A DNA stretch of 64,000 nt from Marispirochaeta sp. (GCA_963676835.2 CAXXFF010000002.1:1376001-1440000); one strand, 5' to 3'; shown: positions 51,321-60,780, counted from the first letter of the stretch. Numbers and translations are program-made. The notes: generated from the letters alone by a model not told the origin.

Positions 51321-52387
51321 CAGAAACGCCGGTTATAGAACTTAGGGGATCCGAGTATGAACAGGGAGTGCAGCATGGGCGTCAGCTTAAAGAGATAATT
51401 CTCTACAATCTCGAACGGACCCGGGAAAAGCTCATCGACACCCGCTGTGATATGCAGCGCTACGAGGCATTTTTACAGAAGAATGCCACCTTTTATAAAG
51501 AGAAGCATCCTGAACTTTTTGAAGAGATGAAGGGTATTGCAGAGGGCTCCGAACTGCCCCTGGATGATATTCTTATGCTGAATATTCCTGCCTATTTTAT
51601 GACCGATTTCTTTGCACAGGAATGCACCATGATTATGGCCCGGGGCAAAGCGACAGCCGACGGCTGCACCTATGTCATCAAGAACCGGGATATGAGCATG
51701 GACATTCAGCAGCGCTCTTTTCGCCGGGTTTATCCCGACGGGCTGGTTATTGTTGAGGTAAACGGAGCAGGAATTATTACCTATCCTGCCGGGGGCTTAA
51801 ATAACCGCGGGCTGACGGTAACCACCACCGGCTTCTGGTCAAAGAAGGCCGCTCCGGTGCTGGATGATGTTGAATCCCGCCATATTTTTATGAACGTACA
51901 GCTTCTGCTGAAAAACTGCTCCACCGTGGATGAGATGCTGGAGTATATAAAGCGGGAGCCCTGCATGAACGGTCTCAACATAATTGCCGCGGATAAAGAG
52001 AAAGCTTGCGTTGTGGAGATGACCCGTGACCGCCAGGTTATTCAGTGGGATGACGGCACAGGTATTCTTTACCGGTCCAATCACTACTTTTCAGACGAAC
52101 TGAAAGAGCTGAATCCGGAACCGGAACAGTACCCATCCACCTACAATCGCTCCCGGCTGGTAAAAAGGATGCTTGATGAGCGCTACGGAAGAGTCCGCTT
52201 TCAGGACCTTTTCCGCATCCTTTCCGACCATACCGATGCTCCCAACTGCCTCTGCCGGCATCCTGAAGGGGAAGCAAAGGGAAAAACCGTTTCCACCAGC
52301 CTCTTTGTGCTGGAGGATAATGAGGCATGGACCACCCTGGGATACCCCTGTATGAGTCTTCGCTACGCAACACTTGAGGAGAAATAA
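51317..52387 (+). CDS. C45 family Ntn-hydrolase (acyl-CoA:6-aminopenicillanate acyltransferase-like)
   Basis: GVQHG, EEMKGIAEG, autoprocessing site E-C-T near residue 103, KNRD, GLNNRGL, SNHY and ILSDH. Confidence 0.87.
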   Translation: MTETPVIELRGSEYEQGVQHGRQLKEIILYNLERTREKLIDTRCDMQRYEAFLQKNATFYKEKHPELFEEMKGIAEGSELPLDDILMLNIPAYFMTDFFAQECTMIMARGKATADGCTYVIKNRDMSMDIQQRSFRRVYPDGLVIVEVNGAGIITYPAGGLNNRGLTVTTTGFWSKKAAPVLDDVESRHIFMNVQLLLKNCSTVDEMLEYIKREPCMNGLNIIAADKEKACVVEMTRDRQVIQWDDGTGILYRSNHYFSDELKELNPEPEQYPSTYNRSRLVKRMLDERYGRVRFQDLFRILSDHTDAPNCLCRHPEGEAKGKTVSTSLFVLEDNEAWTTLGYPCMSLRYATLEEK

Positions 52388-53601
52388 TGAACAGCCCTGT
52401 CCATGAATATGTACAGCAACGACTTTCAAGACTGAAAGAGTCCATGATAGAGAAGGGGATTGATGCTGCATTTATCATCAAACCCGAGAATGTTTTTTAC
52501 TACAGCAATTTCAATCCCGTTCTGAACAGCCACCCGGCGATTATGCTGGTAAAGCTGGAAGGGACGGCCCAGGGGGAATCCACCCTTTTAATTCACGCCA
52601 TCCGCCACGATCATGCCCGGGATGAAGGTGCCATTGACAATATAGCCCTCTACGGCAAATGGGGGAGCCATAAAACCCTTTCCATGGATCCTGTTGAGGC
52701 GGCATCAAAGATTCTCGGCAAGGTGGAGACTCTTGGTATTGAAGAGGAGAATATCTCCTACCGTTATTTTACCAGACTCACTCAAGCACTGGGCTGTTCT
52801 AAAACAGTAGACATTTCCGGTCTCATAAAGAGTGAGAAACTGATCAAGGATGACCATGAAATCAGCTGCATGCGCATTGCTGCAAAGCTGGTTGATATCG
52901 GGGTCGAGACGGCCATTGTAGAGATTGCCCGGGGGGCCAACGAAATAGAAGCCTGTACCGAAGGGCAGTATGCCATGCGCAAGCTCTGGCAGACCCGCTA
53001 TCCGGAGCACGAAATCAGCGGCTTCGGAACCTCAGAAGGCGGAATGATCGATAGTCTCGATATGTGGTCCCTCAGTAATGAGAGGATTGCCTACGGCTGC
53101 GACTGTCCCCGGGCCTATACGCCGAAGAAGGGGGATGTGGTGCTGCCCATGGCCTGGGCCAAGGTGAGCGGCTATCATGCGGAAAATGAGCGTACCGTAA
53201 TTATGGACAGTCTCTCTGAAGAGCGGGACAGAGCCTACCGGGCCATGCTTGCAGCCCGGGCAGAGGTTTTTTCCATTCTGAAACCCGGTACTCTCTATGA
53301 AGATCTGTACAATGCCGCCGCGGCGGTATTTACCGAGTACGGTTTTGAGGAAATTCTTCCCGGAAGAATCGGCCATGGCATCGGGAATTCCGGTCATGAC
53401 TATCCTTCCCTTGCCAGGGGAAATACCATTCCGCTGCAGAAAAACATGGCCCTTACTGTTGAGCCCGGGCTTATGACCGATACCCTTGGCGGTATGCGCC
53501 ATTCCGACTCGGTTATCATTACCGAAGAGGGCTACGAATCGCTTACGGAACTGCCCAACGGGACTATCCGCATTGCCGACGGTACGGTAGAGTATCTGTA
53601 A
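52387..53601 (+). CDS. M24 (pita-bread) family hydrolase, Xaa-Pro peptidase/creatinase-like with altered metal ligands
   Basis: Creatinase_N-like start (NVFYYSNF); IKDDHEI; GYHAENERT; GHGIG; VEPG; RHSD. Confidence 0.85.
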   Translation: MNSPVHEYVQQRLSRLKESMIEKGIDAAFIIKPENVFYYSNFNPVLNSHPAIMLVKLEGTAQGESTLLIHAIRHDHARDEGAIDNIALYGKWGSHKTLSMDPVEAASKILGKVETLGIEEENISYRYFTRLTQALGCSKTVDISGLIKSEKLIKDDHEISCMRIAAKLVDIGVETAIVEIARGANEIEACTEGQYAMRKLWQTRYPEHEISGFGTSEGGMIDSLDMWSLSNERIAYGCDCPRAYTPKKGDVVLPMAWAKVSGYHAENERTVIMDSLSEERDRAYRAMLAARAEVFSILKPGTLYEDLYNAAAAVFTEYGFEEILPGRIGHGIGNSGHDYPSLARGNTIPLQKNMALTVEPGLMTDTLGGMRHSDSVIITEEGYESLTELPNGTIRIADGTVEYL

Positions 53602-53632
53602 TTTCCAACTTGTGACCGGGGGGATTCTGCTT

Positions 53633-54202
53633 ATGGAAATGCTGGACAGAGTTAAAGATATGATCTGGGGTAGAAAAGATTCAGGTATTTTCAGGGAGAT
53701 TCCCACCGGCTTGTCAGGGAAACTTTTTACCAGTCCTATGCCTTTCGGTGCCTATGACAAGGGTAACCGGCTCATAAAAGCCTATCACCGTCACGGGGTG
53801 AGCCATGTCTTTTCCCTGGTTACCGATGCGGAAGTTGAGAAAAAGGCACGGAAAAACATTTTTAAAGAATATGCTTCAGCAGGGATAGGTTGTTCCCGCT
53901 ATGTTATACAGGATTTTCAGGCTCCCGAAATCAAGCTTATGCAGGATCTGGTGGCCGAAGGTGTGGACCGTCTCAGAAAGGGAGAGAAGATTATTATCCA
54001 CTGTCATGCCGGAGTCGGCCGCACCGCAGTTGCTGCTGCCTGTATCTACATGAAGGTTAAAAATTGTTCAGCCGACAGCGCCATAGACCATGTAAAAGCC
54101 GACATGATGGTGAATCTTACTGCAGAACAGAAACGACTGATTCATCTCTTCGGAGAGCACCTGTCAGTTAAACCCTGGGGCGGTAACGGAACTCAATCCT
54201 AA
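53633..54202 (+). CDS. Dual-specificity/tyrosine protein phosphatase family protein
   Basis: IQDFQAP general-acid loop; HCHAGVGRT P-loop; TAEQ. Confidence 0.88.
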   Translation: MEMLDRVKDMIWGRKDSGIFREIPTGLSGKLFTSPMPFGAYDKGNRLIKAYHRHGVSHVFSLVTDAEVEKKARKNIFKEYASAGIGCSRYVIQDFQAPEIKLMQDLVAEGVDRLRKGEKIIIHCHAGVGRTAVAAACIYMKVKNCSADSAIDHVKADMMVNLTAEQKRLIHLFGEHLSVKPWGGNGTQS

Positions 54203-56398
54203 ATAAATCCCCGGGCGCAGATCTCCGTTCAGTTCAAAGCGCAGGCTGAGCTCTCCTACAGGAAAATTTGCAATCAAACCGGTACTGCCTCCGTAATACC
54301 AGTCCGGTTCGGTGCTGCTCAGCTCCATCCCCGGAGGCTGCAGAGCCGCGGCATTGGCAGTAATCTGAATAAATATCTCCCGGCCCAGCAGCAGAGGAAG
54401 TCTGCCGATCTGTTTGCGTATATTCAATGCTGCTGTAGCATAGGCGCCTGCAGCTATTTCACCGGGCAGGTAGCCGTGAAAGCCCGCGTTCTTTCCGAGG
54501 AAAAAATACTCCGACTCTTTCGGTGAATCTGCAAGGTTGATACCGCCATCCCCCCGGGAGGTGATAATAAGCCCCGGCAGGATTGGCAGGAAGCCGTTTC
54601 CGTTCCAGCTCACCGAACTGATCAGACGGCTCCCTTCTTCCAGGGCTGTATCATTTTCTATTCTCAGGCTGACCCCTGATTCGGGGTTTACCGGATCGTC
54701 CAGGGTATCCAGGGTAAAGGAGGTTCTTCCTCCGATTCTGCTCCAGCCTTCTCCGGGCAGAACATTTTCGCCAAGCTGACGATTAAAATAGCAGTACTCG
54801 GCGTAGGGCTGCAGGGTAAGATGGAAATACACACTTGGAGCCAGGGTGAGCAGCATATCTCCCCCTGCCCGGGTAAGGGAATAAAAGCTGTCCAGGGTGC
54901 TGCCGTCGTAATAATAGACTGGTTCCTGCTCCAGGTAGCCGAATACCGAAGCCAGCAGGCTGTTCTGATTGGTAGTCATGTATCCCGTACGGATAGACCC
55001 GGTATTAGATACACTGATAAAGGTAACCAGCCCCGATACTCGTTCTCTACCGAAAGGTTTGATCAGAGCGGTTTCCAGCTTTCCACGGTGGAGAGTGCTG
55101 CCGGCAAAATACCCAGTATATTCCACCCCGAAACCAACCAGCACATCGGGAAGCTGAATGCTGGCAATATCAGCTTCCAGGGTGTAGCCCCCGGAAGAAT
55201 CGGGCAGAAGCCGGTAGGAGCAGCGTTTAAATCTGCCGCTGTCATAAAGATCCGCAAAAATATCCCGCAGCCGGCTGTTGGATATTTCCCCGGGGATCAA
55301 CTCGTTCAGCTGTGTTAGTATTTCCTTTGTATAAGGGTCTGAGTCTGCAAGAATTATTTTCCTGATTTTCAGCATACCTTTCCCCGGGTGGGGGTTCCGG
55401 TTCTTTTTCAGATCATCCTGAAGGGCGGCTATTTCTGTCAGCCTGCTCATAACGGCTTTTCCCGCAGTATAGCCGATCTCAATCAGCTCAGCGCCCTTGT
55501 CAAAATCTGCCATGGTATATCCGGACAATTCCGGGCGGATTACCAGATTGGAAATATCTTCATCGGAACCATAGGCGTCGGTGAGCAGCAGCTCTGTTGA
55601 CTGTTGAGACACAGCAGAAAGGGTTGTTAACTTGTCCGCTGTGGGCTGAAGGCTTCCCAGAGGAACGGTAATAATTACATCTGCTCCCATTTCGACGGCG
55701 GTAATGGCCGGCACGTTATCGACCCAGCCGCCGTCAATAAGGTAGCGGTTCCTGTAATGAACCGGTGTAAATATTCCGGGTACCGCCATGGAGGCCCGGA
55801 TGACTGTCTTAAGATCGCCGTAATCGAAAACAATCTTTTCTCCCGTAACCAGGTCGGTTGAGACTGCCCTGAAGCGGCGGGGCAGGGTATCGAAGTCCAT
55901 CTCTACCGGATAGGCGTACAGCAGGCTGTCGAGAAATTCCAGCACATGCTGGGCATGGGAAATTCCCACATCGGTTACAATGTTATCCTTGTAAAAGGGG
56001 AGTACCACCGGAAATGCGGTACGCAGAAGGCGCTGCTCAAAGACCATTTTATCCCGGCTGTAGTTATCAAAAAGAATTTCCTGCCAGTCGCTTTCGAGAA
56101 CCAGCTTCTTCATCTCCTGCGGTGAATATCCCGCAGAGTAGAGGCCGCCGACAATGCTGCCTATACTGGTCCCGACAACAATGTCCGGATCGACCCCGGC
56201 CTCTTCCATGGCAAGCAGCACCCCCACATGGGCAAATCCCAGGGCTCCGCCGCCGCCGAGAACCAGACCGATCCGGGGAGCTGAAGTTTCTGTCTGCTGT
56301 TCCGGCAGGGTCTCTGAAAACAGAGGCCATACCGGAACTGAGAAGATAAACAACAGGAAAAATAAAACTTTATGGATAGGGAAATTTCTGGTCTTCAA
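54164..56398 (-). CDS. Patatin-like phospholipase fused to POTRA and Omp85-type beta-barrel (PlpD-like)
   Basis: Signal peptide after a probable TTG start at 56398; GGGGALGFAHVG, GTSIG and DGG; C-terminal amphipathic beta-strands (DTLDDPVNPESG, FHGY). Confidence 0.82.
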   Translation of the reverse strand: MKTRNFPIHKVLFFLLFIFSVPVWPLFSETLPEQQTETSAPRIGLVLGGGGALGFAHVGVLLAMEEAGVDPDIVVGTSIGSIVGGLYSAGYSPQEMKKLVLESDWQEILFDNYSRDKMVFEQRLLRTAFPVVLPFYKDNIVTDVGISHAQHVLEFLDSLLYAYPVEMDFDTLPRRFRAVSTDLVTGEKIVFDYGDLKTVIRASMAVPGIFTPVHYRNRYLIDGGWVDNVPAITAVEMGADVIITVPLGSLQPTADKLTTLSAVSQQSTELLLTDAYGSDEDISNLVIRPELSGYTMADFDKGAELIEIGYTAGKAVMSRLTEIAALQDDLKKNRNPHPGKGMLKIRKIILADSDPYTKEILTQLNELIPGEISNSRLRDIFADLYDSGRFKRCSYRLLPDSSGGYTLEADIASIQLPDVLVGFGVEYTGYFAGSTLHRGKLETALIKPFGRERVSGLVTFISVSNTGSIRTGYMTTNQNSLLASVFGYLEQEPVYYYDGSTLDSFYSLTRAGGDMLLTLAPSVYFHLTLQPYAEYCYFNRQLGENVLPGEGWSRIGGRTSFTLDTLDDPVNPESGVSLRIENDTALEEGSRLISSVSWNGNGFLPILPGLIITSRGDGGINLADSPKESEYFFLGKNAGFHGYLPGEIAAGAYATAALNIRKQIGRLPLLLGREIFIQITANAAALQPPGMELSSTEPDWYYGGSTGLIANFPVGELSLRFELNGDLRPGIYLGLSSVTAPGFN

Positions 56399-56414
56399 AA
56401 TTTGAGTGCACCTG

Positions 56415-56888
56415 TTATCCCAGAAATTTTCTGATAATTCTTCCGATGAAACCCGAGGTTTTGCGTGAAATTCCACGGCTGACTTCCCTGCTCACCTGAT
56501 TTTTTACGGAATTGAGCAGATTTTCCGGGGATAAATTCTGTTTGATACTTCCTCTGCTGCTTTTTTCTTCGTTAACTGGCGCAGAGGCTCCTCCTCCCTG
56601 AGCGTATGACCATGCCGTCATGGTTTTCCAATCAGCGGTACTGCCCAGATAGGCGGTAAACATTTTTTCAATTGTGTCACCGGATACAATACTATCGGCT
56701 TCGTAATGACCTGTAGGGTCCTGGTACTCAGCAATAAAGCCTGTATCTAACAGGGCACACTGAATATAGTTCTCCCCGTCAGAGAGGATAAGGAAGTTAT
56801 TATCATCCGACAGCGACTTAAGCTGCTTGATCAGATCTGTTTCATCCACATTCTGCATTTGTGTTCCGTTTGCGGTTTCAATCTTCAT
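56415..56888 (-). CDS. Hypothetical protein
   Basis: 157-aa ORF with a GAGGGAG RBS; fills the gap upstream of the patatin gene. Confidence 0.7.
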   Translation of the reverse strand: MKIETANGTQMQNVDETDLIKQLKSLSDDNNFLILSDGENYIQCALLDTGFIAEYQDPTGHYEADSIVSGDTIEKMFTAYLGSTADWKTMTAWSYAQGGGASAPVNEEKSSRGSIKQNLSPENLLNSVKNQVSREVSRGISRKTSGFIGRIIRKFLG

Positions 56889-56957
56889 ATTTCTCTCCCT
56901 CTCTTGGTATACCTTATTGTACCACGTCCCACCCGGTAAATGTGGTACAATAAGGTA

Positions 56958-57620
56958 ATGGGTATGAGGTGGTCTTTTCCCGGTATAATTTTCTTAATGA
57001 CTGCCATGCATCTTTCTGCCGGAGGTGTCTCGGAGGAGGTCCATACCTCCTTTAAGGCAGGTCCCGGATATGAGGTGGATGGGGATACCTGTTTTCTGCT
57101 TACCTACCACCTGTACAAGGTCCCTGAGGGGGTGCGCCGCTTTCCTGACGGCGGCATTTCCAAAACTGTTTTTCTCGGTACATATCTGATGAAGCTTGAT
57201 AATGGAGCCGCTGTTATAGAGAAAGAGTTTCCGGGCGACCCGGTTCCCATGAACAGGGTTCCCTATGCATGGAAGGAAACTGTCGGCAGCGGAGTAAAAG
57301 CGGATGGCTATGACATGAATGTCACCAACAGATTGCTTCGTAGCGTAGGGCCTGCAGCCTGCGGACTCCCTTCGCCATTAGACTATATGGATAAAAAGAG
57401 CTCTTTGTATCTGCGTGATCTTGTCTCCCTGAAAGGAGATCTCCAGTATAGAAAAGAGATAATCCGAACCATGGTACCAACTTCCTCGGAGGCCGAAGAT
57501 CTTCTTGATCAAATGGATTCCTACGAGAAGAGACTCGATGGCCTTGAGTTGACCGAATACCGGATCTTTGCAGAGGTTTCCCGGCAGGCATTGAAAGAAA
57601 AAGCGGGAATGGAGGAATAG
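56958..57620 (+). CDS. Secreted hypothetical protein
   Basis: Signal peptide ending LSA-GGVSE; 5 bp from the next gene. Confidence 0.7.
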   Translation: MGMRWSFPGIIFLMTAMHLSAGGVSEEVHTSFKAGPGYEVDGDTCFLLTYHLYKVPEGVRRFPDGGISKTVFLGTYLMKLDNGAAVIEKEFPGDPVPMNRVPYAWKETVGSGVKADGYDMNVTNRLLRSVGPAACGLPSPLDYMDKKSSLYLRDLVSLKGDLQYRKEIIRTMVPTSSEAEDLLDQMDSYEKRLDGLELTEYRIFAEVSRQALKEKAGMEE

Positions 57621-57625
57621 TTGTT

Positions 57626-58360
57626 ATGAAAAAGGTGTTCAGCTCTCTGGTGTTACTAATGCTTCTCTCCAGTCTTTCGGCAGAAGACAAGGGCTGGGAA
57701 AAGCTTGAAATCTCTCTGGACGAATCGGTCTGGGCAAGTTCGGTCCTGACTGAAACTCTCGGCGGAAAACAGATGAGCTACGGCCCTGAGGCTCTGTTTG
57801 ACAATGATCTCTCTTCTCCCTGGGTTGAAGGGGCGGAAGGTGACGGCATTGGGGAGTCGGTTCTTATTACGACGCAGCAAATAGTCTCCCGGCTGGAACT
57901 CAATAACGGGTTTGCCTCGTCTTCACGTCTGTTTCTGCGGAATAACCGTATAAAGCGGCTTTCTGTCTCTTTTGTTGCCGGATTAACGGCCCCGGGCCTG
58001 GTTACAGAACGGGATTATTATCTCTATTTCACCCGGGAACAGCCTCTGGATCAGGTGTTTGCTCTGGAGGATACTCCCGAAATTCAGGGCATAGACCTCT
58101 CTTTATCAGAATCTGAGCAGGCTGATTTTTTTGAAGAAACAATCCTGGCATTTTCTAAGGACTATCCCGATTTTTATGCCATGATACTTAAGGATCTCGG
58201 TATTCCTCCGGAGGAGGGCGATTCACTTATGTACCGGAAGCTGATCATGGAGATGTACGGTTTTTTCGGTATCCGCATTGCCATAGCGGAGGTCTACCCC
58301 GGAACCCACTATAACGACACCTGCCTTGCGGAGCTTGAACTTGAGTTTGAAGACTTTTAG
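57626..58360 (+). CDS. Secreted protein with discoidin-like 'NADase-type glycan-binding' domain
   Basis: Signal peptide; ASSVL, ALFDND..PWVEG..GDGIGE, NG..NNRIK and EVYPG..YNDTCLAEL pattern. Confidence 0.7.
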   Translation: MKKVFSSLVLLMLLSSLSAEDKGWEKLEISLDESVWASSVLTETLGGKQMSYGPEALFDNDLSSPWVEGAEGDGIGESVLITTQQIVSRLELNNGFASSSRLFLRNNRIKRLSVSFVAGLTAPGLVTERDYYLYFTREQPLDQVFALEDTPEIQGIDLSLSESEQADFFEETILAFSKDYPDFYAMILKDLGIPPEEGDSLMYRKLIMEMYGFFGIRIAIAEVYPGTHYNDTCLAELELEFEDF

Positions 58361-58374
58361 GACTGGTAAGAGTT

Positions 58375-58854
58375 TTACCCCTTCCCTTCAAGAAGCTGAC
58401 TAATGCTCTCCACCAGCAGGTCATGATCATCGAAATGATTCGGCAGGCCGGAGATGCAGATGGAGCCGATCATGCCGCTGCCGTTCAGCATGATGGGATA
58501 GCCGCCTCCAACGTCGGCAAAATCATTGGGGTTGATCTTTCTGTCTTCCAGGGTTTTATCCTTCATCTCCAGCCAGTAGCGGAACCGCAGGGTGGACATC
58601 TGCATCAGTTCTACACTGCGTCGTTTACGCTGCAGCCATAGAGCGGTATCTGCTCGGACACCGTCGGCAAAGAAGCGGAATACCAACAGACCGATGATGG
58701 TAATTTCAATACCCACCGGATCCGGGTACCGTTTGCTTTTTTCGTTGAGGATCAGTCCGAGGTTGAGAGCATCACTGCGCGAAAATGCAGTAAAGGTAAG
58801 CTTTTCCTCCTCATTCTGAAGTTCCAGATACCTCTTTTCAGCTTCTTTATTCAT
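58375..58854 (-). CDS. Haem-degrading/GlcG-like domain protein (UPF0303-like)
   Basis: FSRSDALNLG, WLQRKRRSV, GGGYPI and ISGLP..DDH. Confidence 0.82.
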   Translation of the reverse strand: MNKEAEKRYLELQNEEEKLTFTAFSRSDALNLGLILNEKSKRYPDPVGIEITIIGLLVFRFFADGVRADTALWLQRKRRSVELMQMSTLRFRYWLEMKDKTLEDRKINPNDFADVGGGYPIMLNGSGMIGSICISGLPNHFDDHDLLVESISQLLEGKG

Positions 58855-58968
58855 GGCTTTCTCCTTTTTTTCCGGTCTTCATTCCGTCCCTTTATTTCGT
58901 TCGCTTGCGTCTGAGCTGCGTACACTTCTCTCGCTGATCGGATAGACACCTTTTTTCCTTTATTGGGT

Positions 58969-60780
58969 CTATTGCCCCAATTGCCCCAAATGAAGAGATA
59001 TATAGGTTTTTCCCCTTTCAAAGCGACTGCTGCTGGGAATGAGAGTGCCGTCCACATCAAGTATTGTAACATTTTTGTTTCCCGGAACTTCAAAGCCTGT
59101 AAGGGGATGCACGCTCTCTTTCTTCTGGTTCAGTCTTATGGTAAGGGTGTTTCCGGAGCTCTCGGCTCCGATGATGCGGACAGTACTCCGGTCCCGCCAG
59201 AAATCACCGAACTCACCCATTGCTCCCATCCATGCTCTTTTTGCGGCAGCGTGGGCCATTAGTGCCTCCTGAGCCTCAAGCTTGAAGCTTCTGTTGCGGG
59301 TGTCTGAAGGATGTACCAGCAGCACAGTGATGGAGTTGTTGTCGGCGTTGGCATCATGTACCTTTTTCCATTGAGTTACGGCGTCTTCAATGGTGTCTTC
59401 TGTAAGAAAGTCCAGGGCGTCATCCAGTGTTACCGGAATTTCAATTATCTGCGATTCCGCCGATCCAGGGCGGCGTTCGGTAAAAGCAAAGTAGGGGAAC
59501 GAAGTAAGAACATCGTTTGCGGAGAATGACGAATCATATGCATAGCCGGAGGATTCCAGGATCTCGATAAGCTCCGGCGGAAATGCCAGGTATCCCGCCC
59601 GGAAGGTTCCGGTGTTCTGTCCGCGGATGTCCCGGTCCAGAAGCTCCTTGCTTACCCGGGCCTCGCCGTTTATGGTAATGCCCTTCTGCGGATGGTAGTT
59701 TGCAAAATTCACATTCGGTGTGCCCGCCGGGGCTCTGGTAAAATCATAGGAATGGGCTACCGTATGACTGCCGATCTCATGACCCCGTCGGGCAAGCTCT
59801 CTTACGGCTTGCAGATTTTCGGGCACTATGTAGTAGCCGATATCCGCTGCATCGGTAAAGTATTTTGTATTGATAAAATAGGTTCCCCGGGCGCCGTATT
59901 TCTCTTCCAGAGCGGCAAATTTCAGGGAGTCCATAAAGGATGTCTGGGCGTCAATATCGTGGCTCAGAAGCAGGGCTGTACTTCTTGCCTGGGGAACTGC
60001 ACTAATGGCAACAGGCGACTTTGCATATCCTTCATACAGGGCTTTTACCAGGAGCATGATGGTATCCGCTGAAGGTTCAACGCTGTTTACAAAAAGCCGC
60101 TGGGCTTCGTAATCACCTCCGGTCTGGGGCAGCATTACTGTCTCTTCAAAGCTGACACCCAGGAAATAGGCAATCCCTCGGCCATAGTAGTTTCTCACAA
60201 GGGCCGCACTGCCGTCGGGGAAGCTGGCCAGAACGGCTCCCATGCCATCTGATTCTGCCCCATGAGACCATATTACTTCATTATAGGTGTTATCGTAGCC
60301 GTTGCCGAGGCTGATGGTCTTTTCGTTGGGATGATCTATATAGGCTAAAAGAGGATCATCATAAAATGTATGAAAAATAATTCTTTCCCGTTTTTTTGTG
60401 GAAACTATAGAGTTAATTCCCAGAAGCGGGTAGAGCCTGGAACCCGCCGGGCCCGGAATCAACAGAATACCTCCATCATCAACAAACTGGTAAAGAGCGT
60501 TCTCCCAGGGGGCCGTAAGGCGGTTATTTGCCGGGCCTGCCGCCATGACGGCTACATCGAAGTCTTGCAGTTTTTCCGGAGCGGAAACAGTGCTGTGAGG
60601 AATACCCAGTATCTCGGGAATCCGGCGGAGGGCATGTTCATCAATACGTGCTTTTTCGCTCTTCTCTCCCACCGGGGAAATCAGAGCAAGGCTGTAATCC
60701 CCGGGAGGCATACTCCATAACAGTGCAGCAGGAAGCAGCAGGACTGCGGCGACATACAGCAGAAAGGTTGGCCGGGTCAT
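58969..60780 (-). CDS. Secreted polysaccharide deacetylase (NodB-like) with an N-terminal glutamine-amidotransferase-like domain
   Basis: Signal peptide; LSHDID, HEIGSHTVAHS, FRAGYL, YDSS, EIPVT and LLVHP. Confidence 0.8.
   Translation of the reverse strand: MTRPTFLLYVAAVLLLPAALLWSMPPGDYSLALISPVGEKSEKARIDEHALRRIPEILGIPHSTVSAPEKLQDFDVAVMAAGPANNRLTAPWENALYQFVDDGGILLIPGPAGSRLYPLLGINSIVSTKKRERIIFHTFYDDPLLAYIDHPNEKTISLGNGYDNTYNEVIWSHGAESDGMGAVLASFPDGSAALVRNYYGRGIAYFLGVSFEETVMLPQTGGDYEAQRLFVNSVEPSADTIMLLVKALYEGYAKSPVAISAVPQARSTALLLSHDIDAQTSFMDSLKFAALEEKYGARGTYFINTKYFTDAADIGYYIVPENLQAVRELARRGHEIGSHTVAHSYDFTRAPAGTPNVNFANYHPQKGITINGEARVSKELLDRDIRGQNTGTFRAGYLAFPPELIEILESSGYAYDSSFSANDVLTSFPYFAFTERRPGSAESQIIEIPVTLDDALDFLTEDTIEDAVTQWKKVHDANADNNSITVLLVHPSDTRNRSFKLEAQEALMAHAAAKRAWMGAMGEFGDFWRDRSTVRIIGAESSGNTLTIRLNQKKESVHPLTGFEVPGNKNVTILDVDGTLIPSSSRFERGKTYISLHLGQLGQ

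Noticed and set aside
51317..52387. Beta-lactam biosynthesis inferred from the C45 (IAT-like) gene
   Set aside because: No ACV synthetase or isopenicillin N synthase is present, and the context of importers and hydrolases is catabolic.
58851..59093. 80-aa ORF bridging the deacetylase and haem-degrading genes
   Set aside because: It overlaps the deacetylase 3' end in another frame, and the downstream gene has its own AAGGAG RBS.
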